Of a stretch of DNA of 64,000 nt, positions 1 to 9,804 are shown piece after piece (position 1 is the stretch's first letter; each line of letters starts with the position of its first letter). Origin of the DNA: a virus; IMG/VR virus record IMGVR_UViG_3300021185_003522, positions 61,234 to 125,233 of that record; one strand, 5' to 3'. The translations under genes were made by a program, and so were the position numbers. A model generated the notes under the pieces. That model ran no database searches. It had not been told where the DNA came from and saw only the letters and a program-made list of their open reading frames with translations.

Positions 1-3000
1 CTTTGTTTCCATATGTTATCAACTAAAACAGTTTGATTAGCAGTTGATACTTCTTGTGTATCAATTACTGCAATTGTGCTTGGATTAGATAAAAGTTTGC
101 TTTCATCTGTTCTTAATTCAAAATAACTTCTATTTGCATTGGCACCATAGATACCACGTTGTATCGCCCAGTTTTCTCTGATTTCATATTCGGCTTCTTC
201 TTTGCCAAGATAGGCACTCTTGAATTGCTCTGCGGCACCTAATGTGCCTTTTGTGCCTAGAAACTGTGAATACAATCCTGCTTGTGAAATGTCATCTAAG
301 TTTAGATTCTGCATGTACTGTCTTGGACGGAAACCAATTAGTCCTAATCCTAGTAGTGTTGCATCGCTTTCTAAATTAGCAGTATGTATATCATAGTTCT
401 CACGTAGTGCATTTGCTTTAGTAGCAAGGTTTGGTAACAAGCCAGTTTGTATTTGTGAATAGTCGCTTTTAATCCAATCTGCAAATACAAATGTTCCGCT
501 TGGAGCTAGTAGTGTGGTAGCACTCCAATATGCATTTTTATAAAGAACTATCTGTCCTTTTGTATAAGATTGATTTGGCACCCATTCTCTAATGTTATCT
601 TGGTTAAGTATAAAACCCTGAGCGTCTAAGGTACCATTCCAGTCAAAGACAGTATTGCCATTCACTAAAAGTCTATTTTGCCTTGCTCCTGTGATTGGCT
701 GATATATTAAATCGTTGAATATACTTACATTGTCAAATACAATTATATGTTCATATGCAGTAAATCTTGCTAAAAGCAAACTGAAAGTATTATTATTCAA
801 TCCAATTAGTTTTAATTCGTTGCCCAGTCTTTCAACTGCATAATCTTTAGTTGTCATCGGAAGAAAGTTTTGATTTAGAATAATATCATTGATATTTTCA
901 TTTGTTAAACTTTCAACAACTGTATTTGGTTGTTCTAATTTTAGGATATTAGCGGCTGGATTTAAGTTTATAATACTTCCTTCAGTCCAACTCTGGTTTA
1001 CCCAGTATAGAAACTCTTGCGACATCTGTGTCCAATTTATGATATATTCATTTTCTACAGTGTCAAAAGTTAAGCCTTTCTTAGTCAGTAATGCCCCATA
1101 GCTCACTAAAAAGTCAACTACAGCACTTGCATTTGTAAACACATAACCGTATGGTACTTGTCTCACATTCTCGGTAAAACTTTCGGCTATACGAGTTGTT
1201 TGTCCAGCAACTGTTATTGTGCTAAATGTACCAGCATTGGCGCTTTGTAGTATTTCAAAATAAGGCTTTGCAGTTGAGTACCCTGCTACTGCATAACCAC
1301 CGCTGACTCTTTGAACTGTCACTGCCGAATATTGTATTTCTGCTATACTAGGATTTTTATAGAGAAATAGTTCATAACTTTCATCAGGTAATAAAAGACT
1401 GCTGTTTAGACTGTTAGGCGAAGATTTTTCTGAAAATATTTTTAAATAGTTTTGGTCGCTGAATGCCGCCATTCTGTAACATAATCTGACATCCATGTTG
1501 GACAAAGTATCACTTAACAATGTTGTACTATCTAAACCTGTTACTCTATTATAATCAATTATAAAATTTATGTAACTTTTCTTAATTGTATTGTTGCCAT
1601 AAATTTCTATAGTATCAGGATCAATACGGAATCTATTGTTATACAAATATTGACTAAAATCATTATTGTACTTGTATAAATCTCTATCAGCGAATAAACT
1701 AAAATATTGTGCAGGTTTTGTTAACGCTAATAATCTTTGTATAGCAAATGGATATGCACTACTTCTGCGCCACGCAGTTTCGGTTGGTCCCATATCGCCT
1801 GCTACCCAGGATTTAACAAAACTATTTCTGTCATAAGATCCAACTATTGAATCCATCGGCGGTAGTAAATTGCCTTGAGAGTCTGTTGGTAGTGCGTCGA
1901 GTAGTTGTGGTCTTACGTATTCTTTTCTTGTTACATTGCCTGTTGGGTATGCTACAATACCGTTGGCCATATCGCTCCATAATACTGTATTGCCTGATGT
2001 ATATGGTGCTGGACCATAAATTGTTTGCCACCAGGAAGGTTCTTCGGTCAACCCAACCATTTCCCATGGGCGAGTGTGCGGCGAATCAGTATCGTAGAGG
2101 TCAAAGTATATGCCTCTCCAAAATCCAAGCAAGGGTTTTTCAGATAATTTGTTTTCACTTTGACTGTAGTTCCATGTAAATTCGTTATCAGCAATATAGG
2201 TTTGATCTTTATATGGAACTCTATTTTCGCCAACCCACGTTAGAAAACTTGTATTGAGTATTGTCGTTACTTCGCCTAATGTATAATCTGTAGTTCGAAA
2301 CTGCCCAGGTATAACATCAACGGCTTGTAATGGTAATGCATATCGATCATCTGCACTTACCTTGATGTTGTTATAAATTCGTTTTTCAAATTCTAAGAGA
2401 ACATCGTTTCGATAATCACCTTGTTCGAAAGCAACAGTTAAACTTCCGTCGTGACCTTGAATCACGTTGGTTGGCGTCACATAGGTGTTATCTAAAAATT
2501 CGTATGGACGATATATTCCATACAGTCCCATCATACTAGGTGTAGCAGGTACATAACTTCCATAGGTAGTTGCGTACTCATTGATTGTGATAATATCACC
2601 ATCAGCTAGTGTTATTCGATTTGTGTTAATTGTAATACGTGGACCATCTGTAGCAACAGTGTACTCATATCCGTCACCGGTGAGTATTGTTTGTACTCCA
2701 GTGCTTATAGGTGTATAATAAACAAGTATACCTTTATAGTTTGCAGTTGTTAAATCGTAACTGAACAGTGTATCAAAAACTTCAGTTGTTATTGGCGAAA
2801 CTGTATAACTGGTCGTTTGGAATGTTGTTCCGTAAGGGATTGCATCTGTCCAATAGAAAGGACTAATGTCATTTTTTCCTGCATTAATAGCAAGAAGTGT
2901 TTCATCAAGTATTTGTGCAGTAGTTTTATTTTCCCAGTCGTTACTGCCAACATAATCAAGAATTTTCTGTTTTGTTTTTGAATATTCAATAGCGTTGAAC

Positions 3001-5951
3001 TCTATTGCACGAAAAAATTCGTAGTCTCTACCATTGATAAAATTTGTCATCATGGTAAATGGTGAACTGTGTTGCAGTACCAAATCACCATAAGGCACAA
3101 CGTTTCCAAGATCTCTTACATTATTATTTCCGTGTATCTTTCCACGAAAGTTTTCTAAATTCTCACAAATGCTTTCGTAATGTGTACGCAAAGTACCAAG
3201 TGTAAAACTTGGACTGTTTGCATTCATTGCGTTAGATTCAAGATTACTCGGGATAGTATAAAAAGCAACACTACTTGCGAAATCACTTAATACTTGTACT
3301 TCAACAGTAGCACCAGTCACTGGTTGTGTTGCAGGTTGGCCAACAATGTTTTCATTAAAAGTTACAACAGTCACATTATCGCTATTTGTTGCATATGTAT
3401 AGCTAGTAGGAAGTATAAACTTTCCTTCTACATACACCTTTACAGGAATTTTTGATGCATCATTGATTACTTCTATATCCAAAACCAAAGCAGTACCTTG
3501 ATAGGTAAAACTAAAACTTTGTCTTTGTACACTAGTCTCAAAAGATGTTTGCCATCCAAGAAGTTTATCAAATGTGTCTATACTATTATACTGCCTAACT
3601 GTGCCTGTGTCAATCTTTTTATTTTCACTAACAGTTCCATTGACATACACAAAGGAATCAGTGTACAGGTTATTATCAAATACAATGTCACCAACATTAT
3701 TAATTGTAAGATATTTTAATGGTTGATCAATTACAGTATCAGTTGTACCAGTACCAATTGCATAACTAAAAAGTTTTGAACCTTGGAAAGTAGTACTTGG
3801 ATATACTGTCGTGTCGCTAAAACTATAGCCACTACTATCAAATATATCAAACAGTGGTGGTTGATTCACACTATTTTTTTGCTGTGCAGATTGCCAGGTG
3901 GTTCCATTAAACCAGTAGACTTTTCCTTGTTGCGTATTTCCTGAAGTAACTACCACTGTGGTATTAGTATCTATGTCAGGTGTTGTTAGACTTGCTGGTT
4001 GCAAATCAATAACCTGTGTCGTGCTATCGCCAAAGTTAATAAAACTTACAGTATAGATTTTATTACGTACTTCACTATCTAAATCGTTAGCAAAAATTAC
4101 TCTTGACCCAGAAATAAAATTATACCCATCAACACTGTAACCAATAGTACCATTAATATTTGAAAATGCATCAGTTTCAGTAAAATCAATTATATCAATT
4201 GGTGCAGTAGCAATGGTTCCATAGTTAAAAAGTTTTAAATTTTTACGGAATTCAAGTATTGGACGTTTTGCTCTGTTATCATTGTTGATTACCAATGGAA
4301 TTTGATTATAATTTGCAGTTTGTTCCAATACACCAATATGGAACCATCTGTTTCCCCTTGTCCAAGCATTCTGATCAATACTTGCACGATTAATTGTCAT
4401 ATAATCCTGTGCAGTTGGCGCATTATTAGTAGCGTCAAAGTTTCCTTCATCAAAAGGTTTACTATCATAAGGCACAGTAGTGGACACGGTAAAAGTTTCT
4501 GGCGTAATAAAGTCTATTACTGGTAATAATTCAATTGCAGTTCCAACGCCCTCAATATAGTATTCATTGTTTTCATAACTAGAAGGAACAACAGTGCCTA
4601 TAAATTGTACTTTTAAGCCGTTTGTGAATACAACACCATTTGGTGAAGTATATGATGCTTTACCAATTACATCTTCAATGTTTAAATCTGCTGAATTTGC
4701 CTGTTCAACGAGACGTATGATGCCAAAGTTAGTTTCATCGTTTCCGTCTTGGTAATATAGAATATCAAGGTTTGCGGTTATCAATGGTTGGAGTTTAAAT
4801 TTTCCAGATGCATCCTTATACCATGTTTTTCCAGCATTGTCTGTACCGTATTCAATCAAAGTTTTGTTTAAATTAGCTATACTCTGTACTTTTGTAAGTT
4901 CCATAAAAGGACGAAGAGGATCTGCATAGTTAAAGTTTATTATCCATTGTACTAACTGATTCTCATCTCCAGTTATAGGATCAGTATCACTAAAGACACT
5001 ATCATCAAATCCTTGACTGTCAAAAGGTTCTTCGTTAGCCCAACCTGTAGATTGTCCTCCAACAAAAATTAATGTGCGATTTTGTAAATCAGTGATACCG
5101 TCAATTCCATCAGGATTATCCTCAAGAAATACATCAACGTACTGGTTATTAATTTGATTAAAGTTAAGTGTATTCTCAACTAAATCAGTAGATCCAATAT
5201 CTGCTAGTGTAAAGAAAAAGTTTTGATCAGTTTTACTTGGCACTGTAAATTGAACAGTACCTACATCGTCGCCATTATTAGTTACGCCAAGAACATCTCG
5301 GGAACTCTGATTTGGTTGTTGTGGTAGCGTACCCGATGTGCCAGGCACACTTTGTATAAAATATGGATGCCCGCTTGCGTTTACATTAAATGTATACCCT
5401 CCTTGCCTTACAAGAGTAAGAGTTGGTAATGCACCTGCTTCTCCTGAAAACGTGTATCCATTTTGCGTATAAGCAACATCAAAAATATCTGTTAAGGGAA
5501 CTGCATTAGAAAACACATCAACGCTGTTAGGTCCTTCAGGCACCCAATAATATTGGCTGAAATTTATATATTTGTCGTAATCTACAAAAGGATCAAAACT
5601 ATAATGTTCGCTATCAAATAACCTGTTATCTTTTATTGTGTTTGCACCTTGTAGGTTCAAACTATCAATAATTCCAGGATAGGTTATTGCATCTACGACT
5701 TTACCTGTATCAGGAGATACTTGAACTACACCAGGTTCTAATTGATAATTAGCACGAGTAGCAGTTGGTTCTAAGATATAATTGTCAGTGGCTGTTACGC
5801 CAGGACCAATCTTTCGACCAATATATCCTTCTGTTGGTTTCAATTTAGGATTTTGTGTAAGTTGGTCTAATGTACTACGTAACAACTGCTTGTTTGCAGG
5901 TGTTTGAAAAACTTCAGGTAAAAAATCTTCTGAGCGTATACGCTTCGCCAT
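1..5951 (-). CDS. Giant baseplate wedge-like virion protein (gp7-like), 3'-truncated by the window edge (>1983 aa)
   Basis: ATG at 5951 (MAKRIRSEDFLPEVFQTPANKQLLRSTLDQL...) directly follows the gp6 stop. The same frame is still open at the left edge (...DTQEVSTANQTVLVDNIWKQ). It is absent from the ORF track, which is consistent with no in-frame stop in the window. Its position after gp6 suggests a wedge subunit. Confidence 0.75.
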   Translation of the reverse strand, partial: MAKRIRSEDFLPEVFQTPANKQLLRSTLDQLTQNPKLKPTEGYIGRKIGPGVTATDNYILEPTATRANYQLEPGVVQVSPDTGKVVDAITYPGIIDSLNLQGANTIKDNRLFDSEHYSFDPFVDYDKYINFSQYYWVPEGPNSVDVFSNAVPLTDIFDVAYTQNGYTFSGEAGALPTLTLVRQGGYTFNVNASGHPYFIQSVPGTSGTLPQQPNQSSRDVLGVTNNGDDVGTVQFTVPSKTDQNFFFTLADIGSTDLVENTLNFNQINNQYVDVFLEDNPDGIDGITDLQNRTLIFVGGQSTGWANEEPFDSQGFDDSVFSDTDPITGDENQLVQWIINFNYADPLRPFMELTKVQSIANLNKTLIEYGTDNAGKTWYKDASGKFKLQPLITANLDILYYQDGNDETNFGIIRLVEQANSADLNIEDVIGKASYTSPNGVVFTNGLKVQFIGTVVPSSYENNEYYIEGVGTAIELLPVIDFITPETFTVSTTVPYDSKPFDEGNFDATNNAPTAQDYMTINRASIDQNAWTRGNRWFHIGVLEQTANYNQIPLVINNDNRAKRPILEFRKNLKLFNYGTIATAPIDIIDFTETDAFSNINGTIGYSVDGYNFISGSRVIFANDLDSEVRNKIYTVSFINFGDSTTQVIDLQPASLTTPDIDTNTTVVVTSGNTQQGKVYWFNGTTWQSAQQKNSVNQPPLFDIFDSSGYSFSDTTVYPSTTFQGSKLFSYAIGTGTTDTVIDQPLKYLTINNVGDIVFDNNLYTDSFVYVNGTVSENKKIDTGTVRQYNSIDTFDKLLGWQTSFETSVQRQSFSFTYQGTALVLDIEVINDASKIPVKVYVEGKFILPTSYTYATNSDNVTVVTFNENIVGQPATQPVTGATVEVQVLSDFASSVAFYTIPSNLESNAMNANSPSFTLGTLRTHYESICENLENFRGKIHGNNNVRDLGNVVPYGDLVLQHSSPFTMMTNFINGRDYEFFRAIEFNAIEYSKTKQKILDYVGSNDWENKTTAQILDETLLAINAGKNDISPFYWTDAIPYGTTFQTTSYTVSPITTEVFDTLFSYDLTTANYKGILVYYTPISTGVQTILTGDGYEYTVATDGPRITINTNRITLADGDIITINEYATTYGSYVPATPSMMGLYGIYRPYEFLDNTYVTPTNVIQGHDGSLTVAFEQGDYRNDVLLEFEKRIYNNIKVSADDRYALPLQAVDVIPGQFRTTDYTLGEVTTILNTSFLTWVGENRVPYKDQTYIADNEFTWNYSQSENKLSEKPLLGFWRGIYFDLYDTDSPHTRPWEMVGLTEEPSWWQTIYGPAPYTSGNTVLWSDMANGIVAYPTGNVTRKEYVRPQLLDALPTDSQGNLLPPMDSIVGSYDRNSFVKSWVAGDMGPTETAWRRSSAYPFAIQRLLALTKPAQYFSLFADRDLYKYNNDFSQYLYNNRFRIDPDTIEIYGNNTIKKSYINFIIDYNRVTGLDSTTLLSDTLSNMDVRLCYRMAAFSDQNYLKIFSEKSSPNSLNSSLLLPDESYELFLYKNPSIAEIQYSAVTVQRVSGGYAVAGYSTAKPYFEILQSANAGTFSTITVAGQTTRIAESFTENVRQVPYGYVFTNASAVVDFLVSYGALLTKKGLTFDTVENEYIINWTQMSQEFLYWVNQSWTEGSIINLNPAANILKLEQPNTVVESLTNENINDIILNQNFLPMTTKDYAVERLGNELKLIGLNNNTFSLLLARFTAYEHIIVFDNVSIFNDLIYQPITGARQNRLLVNGNTVFDWNGTLDAQGFILNQDNIREWVPNQSYTKGQIVLYKNAYWSATTLLAPSGTFVFADWIKSDYSQIQTGLLPNLATKANALRENYDIHTANLESDATLLGLGLIGFRPRQYMQNLNLDDISQAGLYSQFLGTKGTLGAAEQFKSAYLGKEEAEYEIRENWAIQRGIYGANANRSYFELRTDESKLLSNPSTIAVIDTQEVSTANQTVLVDNIWKQ

Positions 5952-5952
5952 A

Positions 5953-8900
5953 CTAGATCACTCCGCTATTTGATGCGGTACGTAGTTGACTACTTGTTAA
6001 TGCATCTATAACTTCTATATCATTAACTGTGGCCGCATTTACAAAAATTTCATTTGATTGTGAACGTATTTCGTACAGATCACCAAACGATTTAAGAGGA
6101 TCAGTTGGTACAAGTACCACTGTGCTTATAATGCTTCCTAGCTGATCATGTAAATATGCACTAAGTTCAGAGAAAAAGAAAGTATCTCCAAAATCCCAAT
6201 TTTCAATTGTAAAGTAGGAATTCATTGCAGACACGACCTGGCTTTTTATCTCGCTTATACTTGCCGTGCTCTGAGGATTCTTCACACATTTTATTGTTGC
6301 TCTTAACTCTTCAGATGCTTTTGTACCAAATAATGGTTTGAATGTCACACTATTAAGAATAATATTATCACTTATCATTTTGTACTTGTTAAGTGTACTA
6401 TATGCAGTAGTAAGTTCGTCAATTGTAGGTTGTGCAGGCTGGACTACAGTTCCGGTACTATCTCTTGCATAGTTTTGATAAGCAATATAGTAGGATTGGG
6501 TTACAAGAAAAATATCAATAATATTTGTTGTTCCTGGATCTATACGTCTGCTTAACGGTGCGTTATGTCGATACTGAAAATATAGTCCTTGTCTGCCAAC
6601 ATATGTTTGGTATCCTACAACTTCAGTAATAGTTCGTACTCCATCATATGCAACTGTTAATTGATAAAATTTCTTATCAGTGTATGCATAAAATACTTGT
6701 TTGTCTGGATATTCACTTTTTACTAATTCAATTGAGTCTTTAGTAGCAAGTGAACCAATTACTACTCCAGCCGCAAGTGGCAAATATCTTTCCAAGTTGT
6801 CAAAGTCAATTGTTTGTTGTAAGTATATTCTTTTTGTATTTGGGTTTACTGTTGGAGCAACCAATGTTTGAAAATAATCTGGATTGTCAGGTATGCCATC
6901 ATTGTCAGAATCTTTATAACTTATTCTTACTTTGAAGTCGTCAATAAAACCATCAGTTTCAACAGGTTGATCAATGATATCTAACACTTCATCGCTGTTA
7001 AGCGTAGAACTTGTATCTGGTTTATTATTAGTTTTAAGTACATTTATAAAATCGTTTATCACTGTGCCTGTTTTTGGATCATATACTTTCTGTGTGCCGT
7101 CATAAAAGAAACGTGTCTCAAGCACACTAGCCCAAAACCGTTGTAAACTACGAGAACTAACTGTGTATGTTACACCATCAGTTTCAAATGCAACCAACCA
7201 TGAATTATCTAAGCCTGTTCCTGTGGTATTCTGTGCATATGCAAGACTAAATGTAGTGGCAGAATTTAAATTAGTTGACGTAATCACATACCACGATCCT
7301 GTTAAATTATCATATCCAATTCCAAAGTTTCTGTATAGCTCAATGTTTTCACGAATTGTTGTTTCAATTGAAGTTGGCAAATTAGTAACGAAGTTTGGAA
7401 TAACCTCAGTTGGAATTGCATTTGTAGGAATAAAATTGTTTAGTGTAACTGGTCCAGTACCGTCAGCGTTGTTTCCAGTTCCAAAGTTTGTACCGTCAAG
7501 TTCTAATGCAGTTACAGTTGCCCATAGTACTGTTTTATCTCCAGGCAACGTTGGTGATCCAACTGCTAGTCTATTTGTGGCAGTAAAATATTGTCCTGCA
7601 GGCGGTGTAAATTTAACTAGTCCACCATTTGCAATATATTGTTTATTATCACTTGCTTGAGGCCCAACCGGTGCTGGCGCATTACTAGCTACAAATCTAA
7701 AAAATCCAGTTGTTTCATTGTTACTGGTTGTGCTCTGACTCCAATTCAAATTCAGTATTGCTAGGTCCGGACGAGTAAAGTTTTCATAATAAAACTCTTG
7801 CATACCTCTACTTGCAAGGACGGGCTCAACTTGATTTACAATCACGTCTGTAATATCATTTTGATCAATATAGGTAAATGTAAAACTTGGCACTGCGGTA
7901 TTTTCATAAATCATACCATCTGATGCAAAAACATTTGTACTTGAATATTTTCCAGTAATATCTACAAGATCCAAGTATCTACTAGTACCAATTGAGCTGC
8001 GATTCAGAGCCTTGGACTTGATTATAGTTGAATAAAGTGTATATGGAAAATTGTTGTAGTCTTCACCGTTGACCATTCTGTCTTGTGTGTAATATCTTGC
8101 AGGAGCACGTTGCTTTATGTCATTGATATTTTCTCTATTGGTGGCATTGCTTATTGGTGTAGTTAATGCACATGTAAGACTAAGTGTTTCGTTTCGTCCT
8201 GATCTACTTACATAACCGATACTAATGGTTACGTTTTGCATTTCGTCTGGGTTGATTATATATGCTAACCCGTTTGATGAACGAACATATGTTCTAAAAT
8301 TACCAACTGGAATAGAACTGAAAACTCCATCTCCAAAGTTTAAGTTAATTTGATCATTGGTTCGTGAACTAATACTATAATACCTACGTTGTTCTGGCGT
8401 TAATTCTTCTACTGCACCAGTATAGATGTTATCAACTTTTGACCATTCGTTTTGTATATTGCCGTCGGCATCTAGTTGATATAACCATGTATCTGTATTA
8501 TTGACTCCTTCAATATTAACATTTACTACTCTGTTAGAAATTCTCTCGCCTAAATTAAAATCTAAGTCTTGCAAACTTCCTTGCTTGAACAAGAAAAAGT
8601 ATCCAGTATTTGCACTAGCATACCCTTGATAGTCGTTACGATAAAGAATATTTAAAGGACCATTTGGTTGTGGTGACGGTTCGTATATAAAATCTTCGTT
8701 TTGAGAGGTTCCACTTACGGCTTCAAACGCCATGCTAGTACCATTTACTGTATTAGTAAACGGTATTACTGGTAAAAACCCTTGTATTAAATTAATTGTG
8801 TATTCATCTGTTTTTACACCAAGAAGTGTTTGTGTATTGCCCGGTACTCCAAACCGTTGACTATTTGTAAGTGTACTGTTGACGATAACTGTAAATTGTT

Positions 8901-9360
8901 CTAACCAGTTTGCGTTTGTTGTATCATTCCAGTTAACTGTAATATTTGAAAGGTTTGCACCAGTAAAATCTACCACACCTTCAGTTGTACTAATACTTTG
9001 TACTTTTAAAAATCCTTCTGCGGCGGTATTTCGTTTTGGTGTGTAACTTACTAGTTCCGCTAATCTGTTGACACTATCTCGTCTTTCAGCAGTGTCTATA
9101 AAATTTTCTCTAGTGTTTAAATCATTTCTGAAACTACCTGCTTGGCCCATAAATGCCATAACATCAAGCAGTGCTATGAATTCACTTGACTCTATATAGT
9201 CGTTGAAACTTTCTGGGTAGTACAAACGAATATAATCAATAAAAGTTTTACGCAGTGTTTCAAAATCGTAACTTTGAAAGTCTGCTTCACGATAGGTTTG
9301 ATAGATTCTTTTCCAATCTTCAACACCAAATATACTAGTTTGTCGTGTAGTTTTAGCCAT
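5953..9360 (-). CDS. gp6: Baseplate wedge subunit (T4 gp6-like), 1135 aa
   Basis: N-terminal YDFETLRK...PESFNDYIESSEFIALLDVMAF...ENFIDTAERRDSV, plus LNFGDGVF and RYYTQDRMVNGEDY motifs typical of gp6/baseplate J-like proteins; follows gp25. Confidence 0.85.
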   Translation of the reverse strand: MAKTTRQTSIFGVEDWKRIYQTYREADFQSYDFETLRKTFIDYIRLYYPESFNDYIESSEFIALLDVMAFMGQAGSFRNDLNTRENFIDTAERRDSVNRLAELVSYTPKRNTAAEGFLKVQSISTTEGVVDFTGANLSNITVNWNDTTNANWLEQFTVIVNSTLTNSQRFGVPGNTQTLLGVKTDEYTINLIQGFLPVIPFTNTVNGTSMAFEAVSGTSQNEDFIYEPSPQPNGPLNILYRNDYQGYASANTGYFFLFKQGSLQDLDFNLGERISNRVVNVNIEGVNNTDTWLYQLDADGNIQNEWSKVDNIYTGAVEELTPEQRRYYSISSRTNDQINLNFGDGVFSSIPVGNFRTYVRSSNGLAYIINPDEMQNVTISIGYVSRSGRNETLSLTCALTTPISNATNRENINDIKQRAPARYYTQDRMVNGEDYNNFPYTLYSTIIKSKALNRSSIGTSRYLDLVDITGKYSSTNVFASDGMIYENTAVPSFTFTYIDQNDITDVIVNQVEPVLASRGMQEFYYENFTRPDLAILNLNWSQSTTSNNETTGFFRFVASNAPAPVGPQASDNKQYIANGGLVKFTPPAGQYFTATNRLAVGSPTLPGDKTVLWATVTALELDGTNFGTGNNADGTGPVTLNNFIPTNAIPTEVIPNFVTNLPTSIETTIRENIELYRNFGIGYDNLTGSWYVITSTNLNSATTFSLAYAQNTTGTGLDNSWLVAFETDGVTYTVSSRSLQRFWASVLETRFFYDGTQKVYDPKTGTVINDFINVLKTNNKPDTSSTLNSDEVLDIIDQPVETDGFIDDFKVRISYKDSDNDGIPDNPDYFQTLVAPTVNPNTKRIYLQQTIDFDNLERYLPLAAGVVIGSLATKDSIELVKSEYPDKQVFYAYTDKKFYQLTVAYDGVRTITEVVGYQTYVGRQGLYFQYRHNAPLSRRIDPGTTNIIDIFLVTQSYYIAYQNYARDSTGTVVQPAQPTIDELTTAYSTLNKYKMISDNIILNSVTFKPLFGTKASEELRATIKCVKNPQSTASISEIKSQVVSAMNSYFTIENWDFGDTFFFSELSAYLHDQLGSIISTVVLVPTDPLKSFGDLYEIRSQSNEIFVNAATVNDIEVIDALTSSQLRTASNSGVI

Positions 9361-9378
9361 AGTATTTTCCTTACCATG

Positions 9379-9386
9379 TATTTATG
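9379..9386 (-). promoter_or_regulatory. T4-type late promoter CATAAATA for gp6
   Basis: Matches the TATAAATA late consensus at 7/8 positions, 18 nt upstream of the ATG, with SD AAGGA in between. Confidence 0.75.
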
Positions 9387-9411
9387 AAAAGAATTAACTG
9401 GGTAGTTTATA

Positions 9412-9792
9412 CTAAACGTCTGAAAACGCTGCTCTTTGTTTTTGTTGATCAAAAAAGACCCGTAGTAGTTCAGAATCTTGTCCTTGAACAGTTTGTAATT
9501 CGAGCTCAAGAAGTATGCCATTTTCTTGTGGAAATACATTAAGTTCGACTATTTCAACTCTTGGATCTTGTGCAATAATTCTTTGAATTTCTTCTGTGAT
9601 TGCTCGAGTTGTTGTAGCACTTTGTGGTTCGTATATAAGACTCCACATGCTTGTGCCTACATTAGGACGGCCTGGCATTTCACCTTGACGTATGTTTAAC
9701 GCATTAAGAGTGTCACGTTTAATTAGATCAAAATCAGTTACTGTGTAACTTTTATATTTGTCTATGGTACTGTATCCGATAAATGTTGCCAT
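9412..9792 (-). CDS. gp25: Baseplate wedge/sheath initiator (gp25-like)
   Basis: TDFDLIKRDTLNALNIRQGEMPGRPNVGTSMWSLIYEP...IIAQDPRV is the gp25/GPW signature; lies between gp5 and gp6. Confidence 0.9.
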   Translation of the reverse strand: MATFIGYSTIDKYKSYTVTDFDLIKRDTLNALNIRQGEMPGRPNVGTSMWSLIYEPQSATTTRAITEEIQRIIAQDPRVEIVELNVFPQENGILLELELQTVQGQDSELLRVFFDQQKQRAAFSDV

Positions 9793-9796
9793 ACTG

Positions 9797-9804
9797 TATT
9801 TATG
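9797..9804 (-). promoter_or_regulatory. Late promoter CATAAATA overlapping the gp5 stop; near-leaderless gp25 transcript
   Basis: Minus strand reads ACA-TAA-ATA-CAGT-ATG; no SD. Confidence 0.7.

Noticed and set aside
889-4526. Short ORFs listed by the track in the first 6 kb
   Set aside because: All lie within or opposite the single giant minus-strand ORF.
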